DNA of 64,000 nt from Veleropilina oligotropha (Eukaryota), in contig JBEUKZ010000063.1 in the NCBI GenBank assembly GCA_048128005.1, forward strand, positions 1 through 64,000, written 5' to 3'. Both the position numbers and the translations under genes were made by a program. Every line of letters begins with the position of its first letter. Within the stretch, counting starts at the first letter, position 1. Shown piece by piece: positions 13,667-26,955 of this stretch. The notes under the pieces were generated by a model. That model saw only the letters and a program-made list of their open reading frames with translations. It had not been told where the DNA came from and did not search any database.

Positions 13667-15039
13667 GTAATTGTGATTACTCAAAAAGAAAGATTATATA
13701 CAGAAAATTGTTATCGAACAACGCATTTAAGACTCTACATTGTTGTCCGTCCATATAGGCAAGCTTACGATATAGGAAGCAGTCGATACGACGCCGTCTG
13801 CTGTATGGATACTCTGTTGGGTAATTCGTTGACATTTTGTTTGGGAGATAGAGTACTAGTATCTGATTCCTCCTTTGGAATATTTCTGATTATTTCCTGT
13901 GAACTTTTAAAAGAAATATCCAAATATAACAATTAAAGTTACTGTTATATATTTTAATATTTTATGAACAACTTTTGATGTTTTGTAGGCCCACTTGTTA
14001 GTAGAAGTGTACAATGTTTGAATATCATTTCTCGCACCAGATAGACTGATCCCATTTTTTACCGGTGCTGGAAAATTCTATCTCGAACACTTTGTGTACA
14101 TACGCAAATGCTGTCTAGCACACTTTGTATTCCCACGCACGTCGTCTGCAATGTTTGGAAACAAAAATGGCGGATCGAAACATAAAAACCCCCGTACTGG
14201 GGCTAACATCTCTCTATAATATTTATATCGCATTAAACCACGCATGTACGCTACACCCGAAACACCAAACCGATGTCCCATAACTATCTACAAAACTTAC
14301 CATGGCTTTAATAGACATGCATACTACTCCAACGCTGTCAATGGATTTTACATACCTGAAACTAACGTGTAAAATCCCGGCAAAACACTTCCTTGGTTTC
14401 ACATTGTCCGTTTGATGTAAACAAACTTAAATACACCATGAAGCGTATGGCAGCAAATACGAACATATCGACGCCTCAAACATTTATGTCAGAATGCACT
14501 TGTGTCAAAAATTGCTGGAAAATCTACTCCCAGGCAGACACGCAGATCGACAGCAGCTAAATTATAAACTGGCATTGCCTCTGAAAAGTGACGTCACTTG
14601 TAAGTTTAATAGTTCGAGCGTTTATTAATCTATGTTATTATTTTAAATATTTAGCATTTTGGAGTAAACATTTATTCCATAAGTACGAAACTATATTTTA
14701 TTGCGTCAGAAGAACAGCTAGTGAGTGATTGGCCTTTTGTAATACTTGTACTGGTATGCAAGGTAAACAAATATCGAAATAGCTTAAAAAGTAACATCAC
14801 CTCATGCACATAGTCTCAATGTGATAGTTCGAGCTTTTTATTACCCTATGTTATGAATTTAAATATTTTACAATTATTATTATTTAATAATACTAATTGA
14901 ATAAATATTTATTCCATAAGTACGTAATTATATTTAATTGCGTCGGAAGAACTACTGGTGAGTGATTGGGTTATTTGAATACGAAAGATAACATCTATGG
15001 AAATAAATTTTTCAAGCTTTTTGAGGTGCGAGAAGAAAT

Positions 15040-15196
15040 AATCAAGCCCCACATTTGAGTTCCAGATAGAGAAATATCAGTCTCGGGTTTGATGGTGCAA
15101 CATCCCAACCTAGGCTAACGCCTCGGTTGTGATTTGTTGCACCATCCCACCCTCGACTGATATTTCTCTATCTGGAACTCAATGTGGTGCTAGATT
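15040..15196. repeat. Long imperfect palindrome (hairpin MITE)
   Basis: gagttccagatagagaaatatcagtc / gactgatatttctctatctggaactc. Confidence 0.85.
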
Positions 15197-15370
15197 CTAT
15201 TAATCTTATCGTTTAAAATGCTGGACCAAGTCAGAGACCTGGGTTCGATCCCCGGGTGTGCCAAACCGGTCCATGTGACACTTGACAATTCAGTTTTATT
15301 CACTGATATGGTGCAAAGCTCGAACACACAGCATTACTTCTAACTTTCCAACCATGACTTACAACACCGA

Positions 15371-15498
15371 ATAATGGTAACGAATCCTGCTGAATAACAC
15401 TGACCCTAATGCCCATGGAATATAATGCCTAATCCTAAACTGCGTATATTCCATTGGCATTAGGGTCAATGTTAGTAAGCAGGGTTCGTTACCATTAT
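15371..15498. repeat. Imperfect palindrome
   Basis: ataatggtaacgaatcctgct / agcagggttcgttaccattat. Confidence 0.8.
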
Positions 15499-15888
15499 AA
15501 TATTTTTCACGTGTGTCTTACATGAAGTGCTTGCCCGGGAAATGGAAAATTGCTCCAAAACAGAGACGAGTTATTTCCCCTGCCGAGTCCATACACAGTA
15601 GCGTAACACAATCGGTGCATGCGTGGAGATTGATAAACTAGGTTTCCATTTCATTTGATATTATTCCGACCAATATTTCCACAGTTATCTCCCTTTTCGA
15701 CATAAAAACTTTGTTTCTGGCGACGTGAACATGAAATCAGGAAAACCATAATAGCTATGGGGGTCATATTTGGTATGCAGGTTTATTGGGAATAAACGAG
15801 GTTCCTATTGTATTTGCTATTATTTCGACAAATATGTGCACAGTTACCCTCCTTTTCGACAAATATTTCGTTTTTGACGACGTGAACA

Positions 15889-16214
<326 letters not shown>

Positions 16215-17701
16215 CGCAAAAAACGGTGATGACTTAGTTAAGGGAGTTCAAATTTGGTATGCAGGTTTCTTGGGCCATAAACTAGATGCCTATTGAATTT
16301 GGTATTATTCCAACAAATATTACCACAGGTATACCCTCTTTTCAACATAAACGTTTCGTTTACATCAATTATCTTCATGACCGCGCATCGGATGTCGTTC
16401 AAATCTTATGACTGATTTCCAAATAATACCTCGGAGGTCAATTCGATTTCAGCAGAACTTCGACAAATATTTCCACAGTTCGTCGTGCCAGAATAGGAAG
16501 GTCGTAACTGTCAGTTACGACCTTATGGAATTTTTTTCTAAAAATAGACGAGTAATTGTCATGCGCAGTTTCTGACAAAATTTGGTAGCCCTAACCCCAG
16601 TAGTTCCAAAGTTACGTGACCATTTATAAAGGTCGTAAGTGAATTTCTACTCGATTTTCAAACGAAGAACGTCTTAAATGAGTGTTTGTCCGAGTAAGAA
16701 GGTCATATATGACAGCTACGACCTTTAATAACTTGATTAAAATCTCAGGCACAAAATAGTAAATGGCAAGTTGCTACAAAATATATCACAAAATATGAAT
16801 ATCATTTGGTCGTAAGTGACAGTTACGACAAAAGCTCACTGAAAAGTCAAGGCCAAAAAGCTAAAAAGTGGCATATAAGACCATTTATCTTTTACATTGC
16901 AGCAGGTAACACGTGCTATTTTTTTTTAACGGAAGCCGATTCATGATACTGTGCACTTGGAGGCAAGCTGTTATGGCCTAGTGGAGGCATGTGGAAACAT
17001 CCGAAGAGTTTGAACATGGTGAAAAAGTAACACCAGATACATTAAGACAATATGATACGCCGGTGGATGCAGTAGCAGACGTAGGAGTCTGTGTTGAAAA
17101 GGTCAGGGAGCAATGCTAGAAAGAGAAAATTACCAACACAATCAGGAAATAACACAAAATAAAGAAAACAACGGGAAAGAGAAAGCAAGAGAAGAAAATG
17201 AGATAAAGGTAGAGATGGGGTTTCAAAGAGATGTATCACAAAAGCGAAGCAGACAGTATGTGTGTGGCCACAGCGAAGTAGTAACTCAAGTAAACTACAG
17301 CCATCATGAAGCAGATGCATTAAGACGACATGATGCACACTTGAATGCGTTAACAGAGGCAGAGATCTACGGTCAACAAGGCCTGAAAGCAACGACAGAA
17401 AATGAAATACACCAATCCATCCTGAATATACCACCAAAGAACGAAAACCACAGAGAAGCAGATACAAGATGTTTGGTTCAAAGATAAAGTCGGAACCTGA
17501 TAAAGAAGTGATAACTCACGATGAAAACAAAACTGAAGGAGATCTTTAGTGTGAACAAAGCGGGGAAGCTATACATGTCAACAGCCATGAGAAAGAAGAT
17601 ACCTTAAGACAACATGATACAGATGTAGGTGTGGCAATTGAAGTAAGGTCTATGATCAGAATATCTTGCAAGCAAAGTATGAACAAGCACAGAATGTGTG
17701 C

Positions 17702-18217
17702 AATAACCTGCGTCATAAGCAAAATTTATACTGTGAAACATGTGTGATGCATATAATACAGACCATGTTTCTGTATGATTTCATAGAATTCACAAATTGG
17801 TTTTCAAGAGTTACGCCCCTTTGACAGACTTAGTTAACTATAATAAAGTTGATTAATTATAATTTAATAAAGTATGCAAAATCTTAAAATGTTTAACTGC
17901 TATATCTCTTTTACTACTGTGAAACATGTGTGATACATATAATACAGACCACGTTTCTGTATGATTTAATATTTATTCATCAAAGAGGCTGTCATGGTAA
18001 TTTGCTATTCTGTTAGGCAGCATCTCTCAATTCATACATCAAGTGGTCATGCACTTTTTTCAAATTGGCTTGTTGTCGAAGTCGCCTAAAAGGTGGAAGA
18101 TCTGGTTGAAATCATTTCAAAATTGTCTTCCCCCCAAGAAGAACAACAACAAGAACAAGAACAACAACAACAACAACTTACATGTACCATTCATTGACCC
18201 TGCTAGACGCAGGTAAA
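17702..18217 (-). mobile_element. Small HINE-like element nested in the Sola element
   Basis: acctgcgtc / gacgcaggt inverted motif, (CAA)n tract and an internal ~190-bp repeat. Confidence 0.5.
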
Positions 18218-18519
18218 AAGAACCGTACCAGGAACCAACACCAGATAACGAAATTCACAAAGAAGCAAATGTAGTAGGTGAGTATGGGACAAAGAGAGAG
18301 ACGGAACCCCAAAATGAAGTGGTAGCACAAAATGAAGACAAAATCGAAGCAGAGATTGTGTGTGAATATCGCGAGGACGTAACTTCAGAAACAATAGTCT
18401 GTAGGAAGCAGACGCATTAAGACGACACACGATACACACGTGGGTGCGGTAAAGGAAGATGAAGTCTATTGTCAACATCGCATGAAAGCAATGTCCGAAA
18501 AGAAACTCACTGATTTGGT

Positions 18520-18780
18520 TAGGAAAGAATGGAAATGATCGATGCTGAATGTCCTGTATATTTCCAACCATTAAGTTCAAAGCAGGACATGTCCATATTA
18601 TAGCGGTAGGAAAGACAGGCGGCCTGGGGAAACGCACACTCTCCGACCAGTTACTGACAACTGTGATTCACAACTTGAACAAATAATGCCCCAACCGATA
18701 GTCGAACCCACTACTGTTCGCGTCAGTGGAATAAAGCTGGCGATTTTTGTGAGTTTGCAACCGAAGCGGCCGATATGGCT
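18520..18780 (-). mobile_element. tRNA-derived SINE, family 2, nested in the Sola element
   Basis: B-box-like GGTTCGACT on the minus strand; homology to 10130-10382. Confidence 0.65.
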
Positions 18781-21329
18781 AGGAAGCAACGTCAAAAGAC
18801 GAAAATCAAGAAGTATCAAATGCAGGAAAATGATAGCGACGGAGCCTGATAAAGACGTTATATAAAACACACGATGAAAACAAATATGAAGAGGATGGTG
18901 AGTGTTGACAAAGCTAGAAAGAAACTTCAAATTCCAACAACCATTGGAAGGAAGATCCGTTAAGACGACATGATGTACAAGGGGTTGCGATAATTGAACA
19001 TAATATGAATGTAATGTTCGAAAGATAAACTCACAAATATGGACAGGAAGCTACACAAGAGGACGGAAATGCTGGAAGAAGGATTTGTTCATAGATAGAT
19101 ACAGAAAGAAGTGACAACACACAATGAAAAGAAACATGAAGGAGATGTCGAGTGTCGGCAAAGCGTGGAAGTAACACCGGATATCAATAACAATACGAAA
19201 GAAGATTCTTAAAGACGACATGATACACACATGGATGAGGTAAATGAAGAAGAGGTCCATGGTCAACAGGGTCTGGAAGTAATGAACGAAAATGAAACTC
19301 TTCAATATGGCTACACCAGAGGACGAAAATCACGAAGAAGTAAATGATGAAAGGAGAATTGGTTCAAAGATGGAGATGAAACCTGATAAAGAAGTGATAA
19401 CAGACGATGAAAACAAATATGAATGAGATGTTGCGAGTGGACAAAGCTTAGAAACAACTCCAGATGCCAACAGCCACAGGAAAGAAAATTCGTAATACGT
19501 TAAGACGACATATACACGTGGGTGTGGTAAATGAAGTAGAGGTCTACGGTCAACAGGGCCTGAAAGCAGTGTCAGAAAAGGAAACGCACCAATATGGTCA
19601 GGAAGCTACACCAGAGGACGACAATCTCGAAGAAGTAAATGCAGGACAAAGGGTTGGTTCAAAAATAGAGAGGGAACCTGATAAAGAAGTGATAACACAC
19701 GATGAAAACAAAATTGAAGGAAATGTTGAGTGTGGACAAAGCTTAGAATCAACGCCAGATGCCATTAGAAAAAAGGAAGAAAATACGTTAGGAAAAAGGA
19801 AGAAAATACGTTAGGAAAAAATGATATAGAGAATGTTGTGGTAACTGAAGTAGTGATCCATAATGAACATGGCCTGGAAAAGAAATGCACCAATATGTCA
19901 ATGAAGCAACACCATTGAATGAAAACCATCAAGAAACAAATGCAAGAAAAGGAATATGTCGCACCGACCAATGACAAAAATAAAGCAAAAGATGAGTATG
20001 AGCACGGTCAGGAGGTAACATCAGAAAACAACAGCCATCAGGAAGCAGATACATTATGACGACAAATACAAAGGCAGTTGCGGTGACAGAAAAAAGGATC
20101 TCCGTTGAACAGATACTGGAAGCAACACTTGAGAAAGATATATCCAGTAAGCAACACTTGGGAACGAAAACTACAAAGAGGAAAAACCTGAACAAGGGTA
20201 CAACCTACAAGTCGAGCCAGATATGGACTTTGGTCTACTCACATGAACACGTAATCCAAATCACGTACTCCAAGAAGCGCGGATGGTCTGGACGAAATGA
20301 CAGTGAAAGATCAAGAATTCAACGAGAAGGGTAAGCAGGAACTAGAGGAAGATAATATACATGGTTGCGAATAGCTATGGTGATAAAATAAATGTACTAG
20401 TTGAACCTGACCATAGCACAAAGACACAGGCAGAACATGACCATGATGCCCATCAGGAAGAATTAATAGAAAATACTGCTGCAGACAGTGACCGTGGACA
20501 AGAAGAAATTGTACCGACATCAGAGTTCCAAAATTGCCAAGACAAAATGATTGTGAAAGAACATAGTCATGATACAGAAAAGAACAGCGAACATGCTCAG
20601 GGCACAACGTAAGAGCACATAAATCACGTGACAGTGAATAATGAAGACCTTTCCGATAAAGAAGGATGTCGTCAGCATAATGAATATCCAGAAACTGGAA
20701 TCGAAATTGAATATAGCGCTGACGTGTTAATATACTTAGACAAGTGATAATACATCAGCATAGAGGTAGAGGTTCCAAATGTCACATTGTCTATACCAAA
20801 TAAAAAGGCGTGGTAATGTGTACAGAAGACAATTTGTTAACAATATACCAAATAGTTGTCATGAAAGCACAACTGATCTTCAACCGGCAATAAATAATAA
20901 GGCAGACCTTGTGATTGAAATCAGGATTATGCAATAAACCACCCGGTGAGCGTTCAACAGCAGCTTCATGTGGTATGAAAGTGGGCATTTCTGTACAGTT
21001 ATTGACGGAAGCCCAAACTGTATAGAACAGTAGTGAAGATGATCTTTGAGGAACACTACGAATCATCTGGATCAGAATATAACTAATGAAAGAGTAAAAA
21101 TCTTCATGGAGGAAACGAAAACATGTTGACGACTTCACGTAAGATTCAAACGATATCATACAGGAAATTGTTGTTAGGAAGTCAGTATTTGGACATTTCC
21201 CAACTCATAAGAACTAATCAACGGAAACTGTAAGTGTTTGTGACATAGTCAGCAATACAAGCGCTGATCATACCGAAAAGACAATGGTTCGAACATGGCA
21301 AACACCAAAGAAAAGAAAACTACAGATGG

Positions 21330-22510
21330 AGATCAATAGATCCTAGTAAGTGGTACTGCAATGTGCGAAAGACGTGACGCAATGCTGGTCATGCTTATAT
21401 CAGGAAAAGGGGCAAACAGGTGGAAGAGAGACATGTTCGTGAATGCCGATATCGATGGCAATTTCGCTGTAACTAAAACTTCACCGGCGTGAATCGACAA
21501 TCTGTTTTCATTTCTTATTGGGGCACACCAGCCATGATCGACAAACTGACTTTGTAAAAGCCCCTTCCTTTAAAAGGACAACTGATTCATAGGTACGGAC
21601 ATGATCGAATGGCGAATCTCACAGGAACAGAGAGTTCATGGATCGAACAGTAAATTATAAAGTAATAGGGAAATCGCCCAGTTACCCGATGTCTGATGAA
21701 AGGGGGAAAGAGGCTATAGTGAGTGACAAGGATATCAGATGAAGAGATGATATTTATTAAAGATCGCATCTCATCGTTTTCTACTGGCGAATCACATTAC
21801 TGCAAGAAGATCTCAAACAAAATATATCTGGAAAAATCACTATCAAACAGAAATATGTACAATATCTACAAAGATAAATGCCAAAAAGATAACCGAGAAG
21901 GTCAAAAGTATCATATGTATGAAACAAACTTCTCTACCTAAGCTTTCATGTTTCAGAGAAAGATAAATGTTCATTTTGCGATGCGTTCACCAACATGACA
22001 CCGGATGAGAAGCTGCAAAACAAGGAGAAGTATGTAGCTCATGAAAATAGAAAACAGCCAGCAAAAACTGAAGGAACGGGACAAGGAACGCTTAATTAAA
22101 AACAGCCAGAAGCTTCGAGCCATAAATATTGACTTGCAAAGGGTATTACTAACCCCGAACACCAATGCATCAGACATATACCCGTACAGTCGCAACTTAT
22201 AACTTCTATCTATGGCATGGATACCAGAAAAGCAACGTTTCATGTGGAATGAAACCGAGGTAAAACGAGGTAATAATGATATTTATTCCTGCCTCTACCA
22301 GTACAATCAAGCTCTTGGTGATTTAGATGAAGTCATGTATTACAGTGATACCTGTACTGGGCAGCAAAGAAACATAGCGTTTCCCGCAATGTGTCTCCTC
22401 AGCGTCAATACGCCGCCAATACATGTGATCAGCAATAAGGACTTTGAATCCGGACATTCGCAAATGGGAGACGATAGCGTCCATGTCGCCATAGAGAAAT
22501 CTACGTAGAT
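21330..22510 (+). pseudogene. Sola1-type DDD transposase remnant
   Basis: Fragments DLQRVLLTP, WNETEVKRGNNDIYSCL, YSDTCTGQQRN and GHSQMGDDSVHVAIEK with stops and frameshifts. Confidence 0.8.
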
Positions 22511-23111
22511 ATAGATTAGCCAAACAAAAGTCACCGCAATACGAAGTCAAAGAAGTTGAAAATGTTTTTCCAAAGAGGAGTACTAACCAATAGAAGCCTA
22601 CCCTGAACTATCTATTAATATGGAAATTTCTCAATATGACCAACGCTGTTAACGGTACAAATACTCCAATACAAAAATGAGATGCAGCATTCAAGCTGTA
22701 TAACAAGAAGGGTAACTTTAATATTAAAATAAGTAATTTCATCCTTTTGTCAAGCAATATTACATGTGCTCCAGCTTATGGTCCGTATGTGTCGCTGTTG
22801 CTCATATTTTGTCGTGGTTGATGATGATTTAAAAGGTTAAAACATATTGCAGCTTTCAATTTATAAATATATATAAAAATTTCTGGCGAGGACCAAGGGT
22901 GATGTTTTTTAGTTATATATATGCATATTAAATGGTCGTATGTCAACACTTTTGACTCCAAATGTGGTGGTGGTGAAGCAAAAAAGGTCGTATGTGACAT
23001 TTATGCCTATGTGCTATTTTGCTTTACCAATACCATAATGTCGTAATTGGCCATTTGAGACGTTACGAGTCGTAGTGAGACAAAATTGATAATCTCATAT
23101 AAGGTCGTATC

Positions 23112-23270
23112 TACGGAAGCGTATTAAGGACACCAGTAACGACTGAACTATATTGTTATTACAATTTAGCTAAATTGTTATAACAATTTACTAAATTGTT
23201 ATAACAATTTAGCTAAATTGTAATAACAATATAGTTCAGTCGTTACTGGTGTCCTTAATGCGCTTCCGTA
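23112..23270. mobile_element. Near-perfect 159-bp palindromic MITE, TACGG..CCGTA ends, 6-bp TSD CGTATC (IS3EU-like)
   Basis: Palindrome and TSD are directly visible. The superfamily call comes from the recalled TAYGG / 6-bp TSD rule. Confidence 0.8.
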
Positions 23271-23574
23271 CGTATCTGATAAAGCGTTTATATTTCAGAA
23301 AATAAACCCCATTAACAGTCGAAAATTAATCAGTGAACTACGAATTTTTCATATATTACACTGGTGGATTACTGTCCCCAAATTTGAAGGAACAAATTAG
23401 TTACAAATGAAAACATTGTTTTTTGGCTCTCCTGTAAAACTACAAAAACCACGTTACGACCTTACTATTCTGGCACGACGAGTTGTCTCCCTTCTTCGAC
23501 ATAAATATTTAGTTTCCGTCAATTAACTTCCGAACCTCGCATCAGATATTGTTCAAATCTCGTGACTGTGTTCC

Positions 23575-23645
23575 AAATAATAATAATAATAATAATAATT
23601 TATTAACTTATAAAGCGCTAAAGTGACATACGTTTCTATGCGCTT
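23575..23645 (-). mobile_element. Very short L2-type 3' tail insertion
   Basis: aagcgcat..tagcgctttataag plus (TTA)n on the minus strand. Confidence 0.55.
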
Positions 23646-24598
23646 AAATAAAGCACAGGGGTCAAGTTACATTTTGCTAGAATTCCCGTTTAACAACTTG
23701 ACACTCCATCAATTACGGCAAATCCGATGGGATAATGTGTGGCTCACACACTGCTTGTATCCCTTATCACGCCAATAAACTCTATCATGTGATCCTGTTA
23801 TTGACTGCAAGGTAGAATTGCCCTCCTAGATTTACTTGTCTCCATTATAAATTAATTAAGAATAAACGGTTATTCACGATCAATTGTTATTCATGTTCGA
23901 TTCTCTTCATAATGCATACATGTGTCAAGCAATATCAATTAATTGGTGTAATATATCTGTATAAATCTATGCAAAGACACGATCTCCAATTTCTACAGCA
24001 TATCATCTTTATTAAATTTTTATGAATGAAATTATTTTGTTATTGGCGTTTTGCATGTTGTAATATTTTAAGCATATTTACAGTTTTCTTAACCAAATCC
24101 TATAGTTGTATATAACAAGATTGCATTGGTTCGATCACGTTTATGCTTGGGCGTCTCTCATCCGAACACGTACGCTTGAACTTTTAACAGCGAAGCCCAG
24201 CTTCTCGCCATGTGGTCAGCAGATTATCTTGTAATTATATTACGGCAGACGAATATGATGATGTGTGGATTACGCGGGCGATAACGGTATCACAATCGAT
24301 ATCACTACACGGACCAAGTGGTATTGATCGCTAATAATAAAAGGAGATGGAAAAGTCAGATGTGATATTAACATTGTTTATCGAATTTACATGTGTGAAA
24401 TATTACATGCCGTCAAAATGGCATCGTGTCACTTTGTTCCTGTATCCAGCATTTGTATACATATGATCACGAATCATATAGTTAGTAGGACAACAAATAA
24501 GTTATATATGCGCGCACATACATGCAAACGCACTGACTACTGCGCTCATACACGCATACACTCAGTTTTCGGTATTGGTCGTACATAGTCATGCATAC

Positions 24599-25469
24599 CA
24601 CAGTCCCCCGGACGACCCGTCACATATAAAAAAAAATGTATCGAAATCGCCAGGCAAATGCCCCAGATATTGATTGCTATATAACACAGAGAAAGTTGTG
24701 CAACGTAAAAATGGCGATAATTGGTAAACACTGGCAATACACGGTCACAACTTTATACATACAAAATTGACATACCTCGTACTGCTGGAATAGATAAACG
24801 AGGTATTTTTCTTGCTATCGGTGTACTTGTTCAAGGTTTATTTGGACACTGGGCTGAGAATCGGAACCTTTTTACCGATCACTCCAACACAAAAGTCTGT
24901 AACGCACGACATGACATCGCAGCTCCGCAGCGAACACAAATATTATATATTTGAGACATCGTATCCAATTATCTCCCTTTACATAATCTTGTAAAACAAT
25001 AACGTTTTCTTTAACAGGTCTTTAAAAAAAAATCGCTGACAAAATGTACATATAAAAAATGTATTTAAAGCAATAAATTACAAGTAAAGACAAATAACAA
25101 AGTATTTATTTTATTAAATATATAATATTTGTGTTCGCTGCGGAGCTGCGATGTCATGTCGTGCGTTACAGACTTTTGTGTTGGAGTGATCGGTAAAAAG
25201 GTTCCGATTCTCAGCCCAGTGTCCAAATAAACCTTGAACAAGTACACCGATAGCAAGAAAAATACCTCGTTTATCTATTCCAGCAGTACGGGGTATGTCA
25301 ATTTTGTATGTATAAAGTTGTGACCGTGTATTGCCAGTGTTTACCAATTATCGCCATTTTTACGTTGCACAACTTTCTCTGTGTTATATAGCAATCAATA
25401 TCTGGGGCATTTGCCTGGCGATTTCGATACATTTTTTTTTATATGTGACGGGTCGTCCGGGGGACTGTG
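24599..25469. mobile_element. Foldback element: 354-bp inverted arms, 163-bp spacer, 7-bp TSD TGCATAC (P-superfamily-like)
   Basis: Arms at 24599-24952 and 25116-25469 with one mismatch seen; CACAG..CTGTG ends. Confidence 0.9.
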
Positions 25470-26130
25470 TGCATACACACCGAGTACTGCGCACATACAC
25501 GCACCTTTCGGTATTGCGCGCAGTGTCATGCATACACACCGAGTATTGTGCACTGCACATACACGCACATAGTGACAAACACGCGTTTGGGTATTGCACA
25601 GTGACACATTCATGCATACACATGGTACGCACGTTTGTGCATTGCGAGCAGAGGCATGGTTACACACAGAGTATACTGTGCGCACAAACGTAATTTGGGG
25701 TATTTCACGCACAACCATGCATACAGACTCAGAACAGGTTACTGTGCACGCACACCTGTAAATTAACGAACTTTGGTATTGCGCGAACAGACATGCATAC
25801 AAACCGAATACTGCACGCATACACGCGCCAACGCACGCTTGTGTATTGCGCGCAGAGACATGCATATACACACAGAATACTGCGCATACAAACGCAATTT
25901 TGGTATTCCGCGTACAAACATGCATGCACACTAAGCATCTGGTACTGCGCGTACACATATGCAATGGACTTTGGGTATTGCGCCCAATTACAATTTAGAT
26001 ATACATAGCCTACACATCGAGTACTGCGCACATATAGGACTACACGCAAACGCACGCTTGGTTAGGCCGCTATTGCGCGCATGCATTCACACCGATCGCA
26101 AACGCACTTTTGCGTATTACGCCCACATAC

Positions 26131-26578
26131 CAGGCGCGGACACAGGAATTTCGCTTAGGGGGGGGGGGACGCTGAATTTACTATCAACTGTTCGCGTGGG
26201 GGCGGCGCCCCACGCGAAAGAAAATTTTGAGAATCAACAGCCTGAAACCCCCTCTCCTGCACTCTGACAGGGCAAAAGCGATATTTCATTCTAACTTTTT
26301 ATGAACCACCGTCACTCAATAGCACGAGTCAAATTTTTATTTTATTTTGTCATAATCGAATTGTCCGCGTGGGGTCGGTGCCCCACGCGCAAGAAAATTT
26401 TGACAATTAACGATGTGAAATCCCCCCCTCCTGCATTATGACATTGCAACAGCCTATTTATAATGTTCTGAAAGTCATTTGTATCAGATTATGCATATTA
26501 TTTTAGTATGCTTGGCCAACTTTATGGAGGGGGCGCGAACCCGGCGCCCCCCCCCCCCCCCCCCTGGATCCGCGCCTG
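26131..26578. mobile_element. MITE, CAGGCGCG..CGCGCCTG family, ~290 bp upstream of the MTCH2 ATG
   Basis: TIRs present; internal sequence nearly identical to 50246-50655. Confidence 0.85.
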
Positions 26579-26769
26579 CATGTACACACCGAGCACCGGT
26601 ACTGAGCGTACAAGCATAGGCCTACGTTATCCGCACTACTTGATGGTTAAATGTGCGACCCCGTCGTTTATGGTGGCTATATTTTGCCTACTGTCCAGAT
26701 TTCGTACATACGATTTAATAAATTCTTGCTATTATTAAATATCATTAACATGCGAGACAGCAGTAATTA

Positions 26770-26877
26770 TTTAGCATGCGCCTGCATGGTTGTCGTTCCA
26801 GTCACCGTCGGAACACATGTGCGTGATCCAATCCAACGTTTCATAGAACCCATAACTACCAACTCAAAATGGCGCTG
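26770..26877 (+). promoter_or_regulatory. Putative MTCH2 proximal promoter / 5' end
   Basis: YY1-like AAAATGGCG overlapping the start codon, CCAAT at ~26828 and an NRF1-like GCATGCGCCTGCA at ~26774. Motif matches only. Confidence 0.35.
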
Positions 26878-26955
26878 AGTGCTGCACAGTACGGAATGGG
26901 AGCGATAGTCACGACTTTATTTCATCCAATCGGCTATGCAAAAGTTTTAATACAG
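26869..26955 (+). CDS. MTCH2: MTCH2 coding exon 1 (MALSAAQYGMGAIVTTLFHPIGYAKVLIQ)
   Basis: ATG in caaaATGGCG context, ends CAG|gtagt. Confidence 0.93.

Larger units (their letters stand above)
16481..23480 (+). mobile_element. Decayed Sola1-like DNA transposon, 7.0 kb
   Basis: TIRs CGTCGTGCCAGAATAG(G/T)AAGGTCGTAAC, 4-bp TSD AGTT (16477-80 and 23481-84), many subterminal GGTCGTA/TACGACC motifs and a transposase remnant. Confidence 0.85.
24505..26610. repeat. Degenerate ~60-bp tandem repeat (gcatacacaccgagtactgcgcacatacacgcac..ttgggtattgcgc) interrupted by two MITEs
   Basis: Recurrent motifs visible from 24505 to 26130 and again after 26578. Confidence 0.75.

Noticed and set aside
14290..14362. 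Minus-strand mini-exon ending gccATG|gtaagt (possible divergent gene)
   Set aside because: No downstream coding exons could be identified, so this is a motif match only
14605..14980. ~140-bp local direct duplication
   Set aside because: AT-rich and degenerate, with no structural or coding signal
24599..24610. RAG/Transib RSS-like CACAGT terminus
   Set aside because: The TSD is 7 bp rather than 5 bp, and no nonamer was seen
24546..25693. Mirror-image 63-77 aa ORF pairs
   Set aside because: By-products of the inverted repeat arms with no recognisable motifs
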